A DNA stretch of 45,616 nucleotides, from the IMG/VR virus record IMGVR_UViG_3300005056_000006. One strand, given 5' to 3'. Made by a program: the position numbers and the translations under genes. This DNA comes from a virus. A model generated the notes under the pieces. It was not told where the DNA came from. It saw nothing but the letters and a program-made list of their open reading frames with translations, and did no database searches. This document shows positions 8,698 to 17,209 of the stretch, one piece after another; within the stretch, counting starts at the first letter, position 1; each line of letters begins with the position of its first letter.

Positions 8698-9057
8698 CTA
8701 TTTAGTTAGTAGTTTTTCAATAGATTTACACAATGGTTTAAATGCCATTGAGCCACCTACTAAATGTAGTATTGCAATAAGAGATTCTTTTAATATATCC
8801 TCCAACTCCTTTAAACGTTCTTCTAATTTTGTTCTTTCTACTTTTAAATCAGTACATTCATTTACTGCTTTATCGTGTAATTTATTTAGCTTTTCAGATA
8901 GGTTTTTATGATAATCCTTCTCTTTCTTTAGCTCTTGTATTTGTTGCTGTTGGGATTTGAATTTACTTACAATAACAGCGGAGATAACCCTTCTTTCTTG
9001 CACATACTTTTCATTTACAAGGTTATTTATCAATTGTTTTAGTCTGTCTATTTCCAT
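8698..9057 (-). CDS. Coiled-coil protein
   Basis: Heptad-rich sequence. Starts MEID... like 8328..8675. Confidence 0.5.
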   Translation of the reverse strand: MEIDRLKQLINNLVNEKYVQERRVISAVIVSKFKSQQQQIQELKKEKDYHKNLSEKLNKLHDKAVNECTDLKVERTKLEERLKELEDILKESLIAILHLVGGSMAFKPLCKSIEKLLTK

Positions 9058-9089
9058 CTCTTAAATTATTAATGTGTATTCGTTCTTAG

Positions 9090-9275
9090 TTAATACCAAT
9101 TTTCAACAATCTCATCTTGATTTGTAAATCTTGTTATGGTGTGTTTTTTTGCATTAAAGGTCAACTCAACTTCTATTTTATATTGTTTGCAAAATTCAAT
9201 ACTTTCTTGTACTGCTCCATTTAAAGAAGCCCCAACTTGAAATGACACTTTTATTTTTTTGCTATCTATTCTCAT
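9090..9275 (-). CDS. Hypothetical protein
   Basis: 61-aa tracked ORF. Confidence 0.45.
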   Translation of the reverse strand: MRIDSKKIKVSFQVGASLNGAVQESIEFCKQYKIEVELTFNAKKHTITRFTNQDEIVENWY

Positions 9276-9299
9276 AATTCCTATTGTATTAATTTAGTT

Positions 9300-9833
9300 C
9301 TACTCTTGGTTAATTGTCTTCTCTCCTGCTTCTGTTAATTCTAATCCTAAATTGCAAAGGTCTTCTATTGATGATACTGAATCATAAGTTCGTTCACCTT
9401 CAAAATAGGCTGTTAAAGATTTATGATAACAATTATATCTAATGGTGTAGCTATTTTTAAACATAATATCTATTGTTTCACTTTGATACTTAAACTCATT
9501 ACAATTATTATATTGAATCTCAAACCCCTTAAAGATAACTCTGTCTAATGCCTCTTGGTATTGTTTCAGAGTTTTATAATACGCAGCCATTGCAATATCT
9601 CCTTTCAATTTTACAGGCTTCTCCAACACATTACCATCTTTATCTGTTGGGATGAATCTATTTAATGGGTGTGAATCAAATCCGTTTACAATATATCTTG
9701 AAGATATTGGAGTGTTAACAAAACTAACGTACTTACCATATAACGATACTAATTTCTCAGCATTGTTAAATAATCTGTAATCTTGTGATGTTATTAATCT
9801 ATACCACTTTTCTTTTAAACTTATCAATTTCAT
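9300..9833 (-). CDS. Hypothetical protein
   Basis: 177-aa tracked ORF. Confidence 0.55.
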   Translation of the reverse strand: MKLISLKEKWYRLITSQDYRLFNNAEKLVSLYGKYVSFVNTPISSRYIVNGFDSHPLNRFIPTDKDGNVLEKPVKLKGDIAMAAYYKTLKQYQEALDRVIFKGFEIQYNNCNEFKYQSETIDIMFKNSYTIRYNCYHKSLTAYFEGERTYDSVSSIEDLCNLGLELTEAGEKTINQE

Positions 9834-9853
9834 CTCTTTATCTTTAGTGTTAA

Positions 9854-10396
9854 TTACTTAGACTTCTTAATGTATGTATCTCCGTTTATTATTACTTCAA
9901 TAGATGCTTCTTTCTCCTCAATTATTTCAGCCCATTTGCCCTCAAAGAATATCCATCCATTATTAGTACAGAATAAACCATACTTATTAGATTCAAAAAT
10001 ATCACACTTTAAAACACCGCATTCAACTTCATCATTCCGACCATGCACATTATTACAATTATACTTAAACCCCTCTTTAAACCCTCTTCTCTTAGCCTCT
10101 TTTATTAATGCTTCTTCTACTTCTTTGTCTGTGGCTTTAATAAATTCATTAAAATTCATTTCGCTTAGCCATTCATCATCCCATTCACCATTGAAAATAA
10201 ATCCGTAATATTTATCATTTCCTTTATAACATTTTAATGTTTTACTAGAAGGATATTTATACCACTTACCCACCTCAAACTCTTCTTTTATCAGTCCTTT
10301 GTCTTTTAGCCTGTTTTTAAACCCTTCATCAAAAGGTGCTGAACCTCCAAATGATTCTATTACCGCTTCTAATTGTTCTTTGTCTAATTCTTTCAT
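9854..10396 (-). CDS. Hypothetical protein (start at MKELDKEQ...)
   Basis: The tracked ORF extends to 10465, but ATG 10396 overlaps the stop of the upstream small ORF (ATGA) and carries the duplicated 21-nt start cassette. Confidence 0.55.
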   Translation of the reverse strand: MKELDKEQLEAVIESFGGSAPFDEGFKNRLKDKGLIKEEFEVGKWYKYPSSKTLKCYKGNDKYYGFIFNGEWDDEWLSEMNFNEFIKATDKEVEEALIKEAKRRGFKEGFKYNCNNVHGRNDEVECGVLKCDIFESNKYGLFCTNNGWIFFEGKWAEIIEEKEASIEVIINGDTYIKKSK

Positions 10397-10548
10397 CGTT
10401 TTTGTTTTAAAATATAATATATATGAATTGATAACCAACACACTGCCAAAACTAAATAAAGCCAAACGAAAACATCTCGCTCACTAGTATTTGATAATAT
10501 TAAAGAACCATAAAGTCCAACCATTGATATTATTCTTTTTTCTTTCAT
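10393..10548 (-). CDS. Small membrane protein (51 aa)
   Basis: Hand-translated: MKEKRIISMVGLYGSLILSNTSERDVFVWLYLVLAVCWLSIHIYYILKQKR. ATGA-coupled to the next ORF. Confidence 0.4.
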   Translation of the reverse strand: MKEKRIISMVGLYGSLILSNTSERDVFVWLYLVLAVCWLSIHIYYILKQKR

Positions 10549-10625
10549 CGTTTTTGTTTTATCTTATTACCTCTTGCTTTTAAATTTCTTTACCTCTCTT
10601 TTTATAATAGGCTTAATTAATGCCT

Positions 10626-10766
10626 TTAACTTATCCTGTAATGCTTTAGTTGTTTTCTTATTCCTTGTCTTATCTCGTGGTTTACACTCGTTCCGTTTTT
10701 TTTAGCTAACTTTTTTAGTTGCTCTAATTGTTCGGGTTCAATTCTTATTTGATATGGTATTTTCAT
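10626..10766 (-). CDS. Ribbon-helix-helix (CopG/Arc-like) DNA-binding protein (46 aa)
   Basis: Hand-translated: MKIPYQIRIEPEQLEQLKKLAKKNGTSVNHEIRQGIRKQLKHYRIS. Shows a beta-strand then two-helix pattern. Confidence 0.45.
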   Translation of the reverse strand: MKIPYQIRIEPEQLEQLKKLAKKNGTSVNHEIRQGIRKQLKHYRIS

Positions 10767-10767
10767 T

Positions 10768-11451
10768 TTATTTACAGTTTATTATATCTTGAACTTTTTT
10801 TGGTAATTTTAAAATACGTTGGTTATTTATTTCTTGATAATCATAACCTTCGTTTTCAGTATCTCCATGATGTAATAACCATAAAAAAGGCTGTTTTACC
10901 CAATTTTTTAATAAACTTCCGTTTTCATTTAATCTATTAATATTAAATTTAATAGCTTCTCTACAATCGTGTCCACCGATCCAAACTAAACCATTATCTG
11001 TCTTCTCAAAACCTCCACTAGATGTAAAATCGTATCTATTTTCTTTATTATTTGGAATCCAATTATAATAAAAATTACCACCATTCCTACTTGATTTACC
11101 TTTAGACATTGTAAATGTATCAAAACATAATAAAATAGAATATTCGTAATGAAACATTATGTGCAACCTTTCTTTTAAGCCATCTGAATTAGTAAAATGC
11201 TCAATCAATAATGATTCAAATCCAAAATCAGTAACTTTCTTTAAATAGTCTTCTTCTGATTCTGAAAAAGTTGTATCATTAACTGATTGAAGTAATTCCC
11301 TCTTGTTTTCTGCATTACTAATATGATTAATAAAACCAATTGATTCTGTCACCTTATCATCTTTATAAGACTTACCAGTTACATTTTCTGCATCTGCTAA
11401 AGCATCAAATTTTAAAGCTTTACTTATTTGTATTTCTAATCCTTTCTCCAT
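10768..11451 (-). CDS. Hypothetical protein with its own promoter
   Basis: 227-aa tracked ORF, preceded by a 122-bp gap containing TTG-N19-TATATTTG. Confidence 0.6.
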   Translation of the reverse strand: MEKGLEIQISKALKFDALADAENVTGKSYKDDKVTESIGFINHISNAENKRELLQSVNDTTFSESEEDYLKKVTDFGFESLLIEHFTNSDGLKERLHIMFHYEYSILLCFDTFTMSKGKSSRNGGNFYYNWIPNNKENRYDFTSSGGFEKTDNGLVWIGGHDCREAIKFNINRLNENGSLLKNWVKQPFLWLLHHGDTENEGYDYQEINNQRILKLPKKVQDIINCK

Positions 11452-11481
11452 TTGTTTAAGTTTTAATTTGTTAATACCCTA

Positions 11482-11511
11482 CAAATATACTACAATACTT
11501 TTAATACACAA
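11482..11511 (-). promoter_or_regulatory. Promoter TTG-N19-TATATTTG
   Basis: TTG at 11511..11509, 19-nt spacer, box at 11489..11482, about 31 nt before ATG 11451. Confidence 0.5.
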
Positions 11512-11573
11512 CTATAATACAAAGAAAGTTTAATAATAAATGCTAACTATCTGATTTACAATTAGAATAATTT

Positions 11574-11984
11574 TTAATAAAACTCCTCGATGTTTTCTTT
11601 TATCTCACTTTCTCCAAAATCAAAGTACTTGTTTATGCTAATTATAAAAGCAGCATAAAGCTTATCAAAGTCATCTTGACTCATCTTAGCGAATGAAATA
11701 CTCTTTGGCTCAGTTCTTATTTGACCTGTAAATGTTTCGTGTTGCTCATAAAATCCACTTGCTATTGTTAAATCCCTTCTTAGATGCTCAATATTATTAT
11801 ACTTCTCTTGATTCTCGTAAACCATGTTAATTAAAGCAAAAAACTTTCGATGAAATGCTACATTTCGAGGCTTAACAATTGTCGCTTCATAAGTTTCACC
11901 TATCTTTAGTTTCTTCTTAGTATCTAAGTCAGAGCCATATAAAGGAATTAATCCTATATCTGTACATTTTAATAGTAGTTTCAT
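11574..11984 (-). CDS. DUF1367-like protein
   Basis: KPRNVAFHRKFFALINMVYENQ resembles the DUF1367 core. Lies next to rusA. Confidence 0.45.
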   Translation of the reverse strand: MKLLLKCTDIGLIPLYGSDLDTKKKLKIGETYEATIVKPRNVAFHRKFFALINMVYENQEKYNNIEHLRRDLTIASGFYEQHETFTGQIRTEPKSISFAKMSQDDFDKLYAAFIISINKYFDFGESEIKENIEEFY

Positions 11985-12307
11985 TTATCTAATTGTTTAA
12001 TTTTAAATTCAATAAATTCCTCTCTCTTATTTACTATAACTTTTTCAACAGTCAACTTATAAATATCCCTATCATTAAAGCTGTACTTCTTTTGTAGAAT
12101 GTCAATAAAAGGTTTTAAGCCGTTATCTATGTCGTTTAACTTACTGCTTAGTCCAAATACTACTTTAAGGTGTAAAAGTCCATTAGGGACGCTTATTTTA
12201 GGTAATAACATTAATAACTCATACTCATAAGCTTTGTACTTTGGAGTTTTAAATCTTTTACCTTGCCAACATTGGTTAACCGATAACGGTTTTATTTTTA
12301 TTATCAT
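11981..12307 (-). CDS. rusA: RusA-like Holliday junction resolvase
   Basis: 108 aa. PLSVNQ...WQGKRFKT and DIDNGLKPFIDIL acidic motifs. Confidence 0.6.
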   Translation of the reverse strand: MIIKIKPLSVNQCWQGKRFKTPKYKAYEYELLMLLPKISVPNGLLHLKVVFGLSSKLNDIDNGLKPFIDILQKKYSFNDRDIYKLTVEKVIVNKREEFIEFKIKQLDK

Positions 12308-12549
12308 AAGTTTTGTAAATGGATATCTTTAGCATTATTATTAAATTCTTTGTTTGAGTGGCATTTAACGTGACAATCCCGACATAATGCAATTAAATTC
12401 TCGATGTAGTCCTTTGATTTAGATCCTCCCATCCCTTTAGCTTCCAAATGATGAATATCAACACTTTTACAACCGCATAACTCACAAGGGATAAACTCAT
12501 CTCCAAAATAATCAAAGTAATCAAAGTATATTTTAGTATGTTTTTTCAT
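12304..12549 (-). CDS. HNH endonuclease
   Basis: CELCG...DIHHLE...NLIALCRDCHVKCH. Confidence 0.7.
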   Translation of the reverse strand: MKKHTKIYFDYFDYFGDEFIPCELCGCKSVDIHHLEAKGMGGSKSKDYIENLIALCRDCHVKCHSNKEFNNNAKDIHLQNL

Positions 12550-12709
12550 TTATCTTTTCTTTAGAGTTTTTAATTATACACCCATCTAGGTACTTTTATA
12601 ACGCTTTCATTATCCAATCTATTGAGAAATAGTTCACATTTGACTAGTTTCAATATTTTATCGTTCTGATTCATAGTGTTTTAAGTTTAAAAATCCGTAT
12701 AAAGCAACG

Positions 12710-13066
12710 TTATAGGTAAGCATAAGTACCTAAATTTGCAGTCAGTTTATATTCCTTATCTGTTATTGAGGGCATCTGTAATGGTACGCTTTTGTAATTG
12801 TGTAAAAAGAAAGGTATGTTATCTACATAATAAACTTTCTTTTTTAAGTCAATATTATCTTCACATCTACAACGCTCTTTAACAAACGCTTCTAATTCAA
12901 TTTTGTGCTTAAACTCAAAGCCTTTTCTTTTTAACCCCTCAATAACATAGTCTTCGAGTTTTTTATTAAGGTCATTGGAAAGCCTACCTATAACATCGTG
13001 TATAATGTCATAATTTGGTAAGTCTATATCTTCAAACTTGGGTGCTTCTATTTTAGTTAGTTTCAT
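12710..13066 (-). CDS. Hypothetical protein
   Basis: 118-aa tracked ORF. Confidence 0.5.
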   Translation of the reverse strand: MKLTKIEAPKFEDIDLPNYDIIHDVIGRLSNDLNKKLEDYVIEGLKRKGFEFKHKIELEAFVKERCRCEDNIDLKKKVYYVDNIPFFLHNYKSVPLQMPSITDKEYKLTANLGTYAYL

Positions 13067-13133
13067 ATCTATAAATTTTAGTGTTTAAATCAAATTACGC
13101 ATCATACACACAGCGTTATGTTCAATGGCTACA

Positions 13134-13361
13134 TTATACCTTTTTAGAAACCTTGTCCAATAATTCAGAACGGCTTTTTATATCTGCTCGTTCCTTGACT
13201 TCTGCTTCTATTTTGCAAACAGTTCTTAAATCAGATTCACCTTTCTTTTCAATTACTAATTCATATAAAGAAACAAGCATATCTAAGCCTTTTGTGTCAA
13301 ATCCATAACCCACTATTCCTGTAGCAATTCTCATATAGTTAATTTTTTCTTCGTGTGTCAT
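13134..13361 (-). CDS. Hypothetical protein
   Basis: 75-aa tracked ORF. Confidence 0.5.
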   Translation of the reverse strand: MTHEEKINYMRIATGIVGYGFDTKGLDMLVSLYELVIEKKGESDLRTVCKIEAEVKERADIKSRSELLDKVSKKV

Positions 13362-13422
13362 TTTGTCTATTAATTAAGTTTGTGCTGTTAAACCGTCAAA
13401 GCACATAACACGGTATTTATGC

Positions 13423-13650
13423 TCAATTATTAAAATACTTCCCTTCTTGTGGGGGATTTTCTGGAATCTTATGACAACTTTTACAGACTTGTCTGTATTT
13501 ATTCCCAAAGAAGTGGTTATCACATTCTTTACAGAAATTTAAATATAAACCGCTTGTGTCATTCCAATTTCTTCTGCTTTCAATAACTTCTTTGTAATCA
13601 AACCCATCATTGTTTCGCATCAGTATTCTGCCTTTCTTTGTTATATACAT
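13423..13650 (-). CDS. Small Cys-rich (zinc-ribbon-like) protein
   Basis: CKEC...CKSCH pairs. Confidence 0.45.
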   Translation of the reverse strand: MYITKKGRILMRNNDGFDYKEVIESRRNWNDTSGLYLNFCKECDNHFFGNKYRQVCKSCHKIPENPPQEGKYFNN

Positions 13651-13807
13651 AGTTATCTAAATTCCGATTCGCTCCACATTTCATATACTATTCAAGAAAC
13701 TATCTATCTCTTTTCTCCATTGCTCTATTTGTCTGTAAGCTTTTTTAGTTTCTTTGTAATTCATCTTTGTTTTTGTTTAGTTGTTATATAGTAGTTAGGT
13801 TTAATTA

Positions 13808-13993
13808 CTATAGTTGGTCATTATGTTTTGCTGCAGCCTCTCTTAATTCTTCTGCTTTAGCACAAAAATCATTATCACTATAAGAGTGTGCTTGATTGTA
13901 TTGCTCTCTTAACATGTTGTCAAATTTCATTCCTTCAATTTCAGCCTGTATTGCTAATACTTCGGCTAATCTTTTTATATCGTACTCATTCAT
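13808..13993 (-). CDS. Hypothetical protein
   Basis: 61-aa tracked ORF. Confidence 0.45.
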   Translation of the reverse strand: MNEYDIKRLAEVLAIQAEIEGMKFDNMLREQYNQAHSYSDNDFCAKAEELREAAAKHNDQL

Positions 13994-13997
13994 AACT

Positions 13998-14138
13998 TTA
14001 TTTTTTAATTGTTAGTTTGTTAATTAATTCAATAGTTGCGTTTATCCCATCAATAAAGCCAAGCACCTCATCTGTACTATGTTTTTCTTTAATGTATTTA
14101 TCTACTATTGCTTCCTGTTGTTCTTTTGTAATTATCAT
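13998..14138 (-). CDS. Small ORF (46 aa)
   Basis: Hand-translated codon by codon: MIITKEQQEAIVDKYIKEKHSTDEVLGFIDGINATIELINKLTIKK. Fills the gap between neighbours. Confidence 0.35.
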   Translation of the reverse strand: MIITKEQQEAIVDKYIKEKHSTDEVLGFIDGINATIELINKLTIKK

Positions 14139-14162
14139 CTCTTTATTTTTAGTTATTATCCT

Positions 14163-14342
14163 TTAACTCTCTAAATTCCACAACTCTAAAGTTTTCAATA
14201 ATCTTTCTCGCAAAATATCTTTGCCTCCTAAATTATCAATTAAACTATTCTTTATGTAAATTCTTAAAGTACTTTTCTTTTCCGATAAAGGGAGTGGCTT
14301 TCTACCTGCTCCCTCTCTTGCTCCTCCTGATTTCTTTTTCAT
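14163..14342 (-). CDS. Small basic ORF (59 aa)
   Basis: Hand-translated: MKKKSGGAREGAGRKPLPLSEKKSTLRIYIKNSLIDNLGG... The GAGRKP motif is common in small phage DNA-binding proteins. Confidence 0.4.
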   Translation of the reverse strand: MKKKSGGAREGAGRKPLPLSEKKSTLRIYIKNSLIDNLGGKDILRERLLKTLELWNLES

Positions 14343-14348
14343 GGCTAA

Positions 14349-14537
14349 TTATTTAGTAATCTCATTACCTATCTCTATAGCTACATTATTAGAGTGAAAT
14401 AACATACAAGCATTTGCATAATCAACGCCACCTTTTTCTAATTTAGAATTAGAAGAAGATCCATTTTCTAATGTTGTTGTTTCGATAAATGAGTGATTAG
14501 TGTTTCTTGATATTTTTTTAGTTTTTAAATTTTTCAT
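14349..14537 (-). CDS. Hypothetical protein
   Basis: 62-aa tracked ORF. Confidence 0.4.
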   Translation of the reverse strand: MKNLKTKKISRNTNHSFIETTTLENGSSSNSKLEKGGVDYANACMLFHSNNVAIEIGNEITK

Positions 14538-14702
14538 GATGCAAAGTTTTTAAATTATGTAGTGGTTACTTCCTTTCTACCCTACAATATTAAGTAACTT
14601 ATTTGAATAAATAACTATTAATTCAATTTAATTTCAATAAACTTTATAAATAGTTGATTAACAATAATTTAAATTACTCTTTTAACTCTCTATTTTCTTT
14701 TA

Positions 14703-14888
14703 TTAATCTGTAAGAAAGCCGTTTTTAATTTTCTTTTTCATCATTTTATAAAACTCCACATCTTTATCGCAATTATCAATTTGATATTGTTTAAACTTAA
14801 AGTTGCTTCTGCTCCACGTAGACCTTATCTTAACAGATACTTTTATTAAATCGTTATACTTTTTTATTATTATCTGTTCTTTTTCCAT
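14703..14888 (-). CDS. Hypothetical protein
   Basis: 61-aa tracked ORF abutting the dnaB stop. Confidence 0.45.
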   Translation of the reverse strand: MEKEQIIIKKYNDLIKVSVKIRSTWSRSNFKFKQYQIDNCDKDVEFYKMMKKKIKNGFLTD

Positions 14889-16222
14889 TAAAAATCCTCC
14901 GATATTGGTAATGCGTTAAACCCATCTTTTTCTATTTCCGAATAATTACTAAACTTAGTTAACTCATTTTCAAACCTTAATGTAATTTGTTTAGTTGCTC
15001 CATGTCTATTTTTAGCAAAGAATATTATTGCTTTTCCTTCCGTACTTTCTCCATTCTCATCTTCTGAAATACCATAATAAGCAGGTCTATAAATGAAATT
15101 AACTATATCTGCATCTTGCTCTATACTTCCAGAATCTCTCAAATCTGATAACTGAGGTAGTTTATCTCCTCCTCTATGCTCTACAGCCCTGCTAAGTTGA
15201 GATAAACATATAATTGGAACTTGTAACTCTTTAGCTAACATTTTTAAGTCTCTTGAAATCTCACTAACCTCTTGCTCCTTTGATCTACCCTTATCAACTC
15301 TATGTTTAATTAGTTGTAAGTAATCAATATAAATAGCATCTAATTTTTTAGTGTTGTTTTCTTTCCTTGCTTGTGCTTTTATAGAATAAAGAGAATAACA
15401 ATTATCAATCAACTTAAACCCCTGTTCGATTATTGGAGAAACTCCAGTATTTAATTTAGCAAAGTCTATTTTTTTCTCATTACTTAAATCACTTAATAAT
15501 ATTCCAGTACGTAAAGATATCTGCCTCTTCATTAATTCAACTCCCGACATTTCTAAACTAAAGAATAGTATATTATGCCCGAAGTCAATAGATCCGTTTA
15601 AAGCTTGTGTAATTGCTAAAGCTGTCTTTCCCATTGCAGGACGTGCAGCAAGTATAATTAAATGCCCTTTCTGCCATCCTCCAGTTAGGTTATCTATTTC
15701 TTGTAAGCCAGTTTGGCAACCTGTTATTCCTTGATTTGTTTTAGCATACTCTATTTCCTTGATTGCTTTTTTGATTAAAGTTGTATTATCGTCTACTTGC
15801 TCAACTGTTAGAATCTCTGAAAGCTTCATCGACTCTTCGTTTATAAAAGTACTGATTTCAAATACATCTGAAATTTTATTATTAGCATCACTTTTTAAAT
15901 TAATCGAAATCTTTTCACACTCTCTTTTAAATTGATATTCTTTTAATGTTGCTATGTAACTTTCAATATTGTATATATTAACAGGTGTTGTATATTCGTA
16001 AATATCAACTGTTATTCCTTTGCTTTCTAAGTGGTGTTCAATTGAATCAAAGTCTGGATTTATCCCTTTATCTTTTAAATGCAATATAGCATTAATAACA
16101 TACTTGTTATTTTGATTATGGAACATACCAACATTTAATTGATTGAAATATTCTAACAATAAATTACTATCACTTATCAATGTTGATAATACAGATGTTT
16201 CTAATTTTAAATTTTGTATCAT
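14888..16222 (-). CDS. dnaB: Replicative DNA helicase (DnaB family)
   Basis: 444 aa. GLQEIDNLTGGWQKGHLIILAARPAMGKTALA (Walker A), IDYLQL, LSQLSRAVEHR. Confidence 0.9.
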   Translation of the reverse strand: MIQNLKLETSVLSTLISDSNLLLEYFNQLNVGMFHNQNNKYVINAILHLKDKGINPDFDSIEHHLESKGITVDIYEYTTPVNIYNIESYIATLKEYQFKRECEKISINLKSDANNKISDVFEISTFINEESMKLSEILTVEQVDDNTTLIKKAIKEIEYAKTNQGITGCQTGLQEIDNLTGGWQKGHLIILAARPAMGKTALAITQALNGSIDFGHNILFFSLEMSGVELMKRQISLRTGILLSDLSNEKKIDFAKLNTGVSPIIEQGFKLIDNCYSLYSIKAQARKENNTKKLDAIYIDYLQLIKHRVDKGRSKEQEVSEISRDLKMLAKELQVPIICLSQLSRAVEHRGGDKLPQLSDLRDSGSIEQDADIVNFIYRPAYYGISEDENGESTEGKAIIFFAKNRHGATKQITLRFENELTKFSNYSEIEKDGFNALPISEDF

Positions 16223-16863
16223 TGTTTAAAGCTAAATCCTTTTGGTGTGTCTTGTTTTGGTTTTTTAAGTTCTAAATTTAACCAATTAATAAAATGCTTC
16301 TTAATCTCTTTTTCTCCCTTGTCAATTTCTCCCTGTAATATTAAATCATCTAAGAAAGTATTTAAGTGATTTTTAATTAACTTATAATCTTTTCTTTTTT
16401 GCATACAGATTTGTTCAATCCATAATTTATTATTTAATATTTCTGCTTTAATATCCTCTTCTCTACTCTCTCTCTTCTCTTCTCTACTCTCCTCTGTATC
16501 GATTTGTAATACACTTGTATCGATTTGTAATACTTTTGCTTTGTTTTGTTTTACTTTATCCCATCTTTTTTTAACTGCCGCCCTTCTCTTTTCGGACGTT
16601 TCAGAGATTCCCTCCATTTGTTCATCTAAAAACTCAATAAAAATAAAATCATCATCTACTTTTACAATCTTTTTCTTTACCAAAACTTTTAAATGCTCTT
16701 CATCAATTTCAATTTCAGCATCTTCATAAGATAAATTACATTCTTTATTCCAATAAAGACAAACTAAACGCATGTATCTTGCCTGTGTTGTTTCATCACA
16801 TCGCATTATCTTACCCATCATCCAATCGGAAGGGCAAAACTTAAACCATTGCAGCTTATCCAT
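16219..16863 (-). CDS. Replication-associated protein (DUF1376/DUF4373-like N-terminus), putative initiator/helicase loader
   Basis: MDKLQWFKFCPSDWMMGKIMRCDETTQARYMRLVCLYW. 4-nt overlap with dnaB. The ATG at 16863 follows a consensus SD. Contains 21-bp-phased repeats. Confidence 0.5.
   Translation of the reverse strand: MDKLQWFKFCPSDWMMGKIMRCDETTQARYMRLVCLYWNKECNLSYEDAEIEIDEEHLKVLVKKKIVKVDDDFIFIEFLDEQMEGISETSEKRRAAVKKRWDKVKQNKAKVLQIDTSVLQIDTEESREEKRESREEDIKAEILNNKLWIEQICMQKRKDYKLIKNHLNTFLDDLILQGEIDKGEKEIKKHFINWLNLELKKPKQDTPKGFSFKQ
16457..16533. repeat. Two pairs of direct repeats in 21-bp phase inside the initiator-like gene (candidate iterons)
   Basis: TCTTCTCTACTCTC at 16457 and 16478. 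TGTATCGATTTGTAATAC at 16495 and 16516. Confidence 0.85.
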
Positions 16864-17209
16864 TACCAACCTCCTTAATGTTTAATTTTTTAACAATTAT
16901 AGGGTTTTGAATTAATTCATGTGAGTTTACTAATTCTATAAACTCAATAGCATTCCTTAAGTTTGCAACCGAATAGCTATAAGACTTTGAAGTTCTTATT
17001 CTAAAATTATTAAACGCCTCTTCTTTTGTTGGATAGGCATATCTTTTTCTTGAATCACTTAAAACAAATCTCTCTTTATCATACTTTGATTTAATCCAAA
17101 ATCCACAATCTGTTTTTCTTAAAATTTCGAATTCGATTAGTTTAATAGTTTTGGTATCTCCCATTAACGAGTAATCCCTTTCGAATCTATAGTGTTTTAA
17201 TTTACTCAT
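16856..17209 (-). CDS. Hypothetical protein (start at ATG 17209 after a consensus SD)
   Basis: The track begins at TTG 17215. ATG 17209 lies 6 nt after AAGGAGG. Confidence 0.55.
   Translation of the reverse strand: MSKLKHYRFERDYSLMGDTKTIKLIEFEILRKTDCGFWIKSKYDKERFVLSDSRKRYAYPTKEEAFNNFRIRTSKSYSYSVANLRNAIEFIELVNSHELIQNPIIVKKLNIKEVGNG

Noticed and set aside
9854-10465. N-terminal extensions of tracked ORFs 9854..10465 and 6735..7160
   Set aside because: The extensions overlap upstream ORFs by 50-70 nt and encode hydrophobic junk. Internal ATGs (10396 and 7100) give normal gene spacing.
16457-16533. Tandem repeats at 16457..16533 and 42663..42698 as CRISPR arrays
   Set aside because: There are only two copies each, they are contiguous or 21-bp phased with no unique spacers of CRISPR size, and there are no cas genes.
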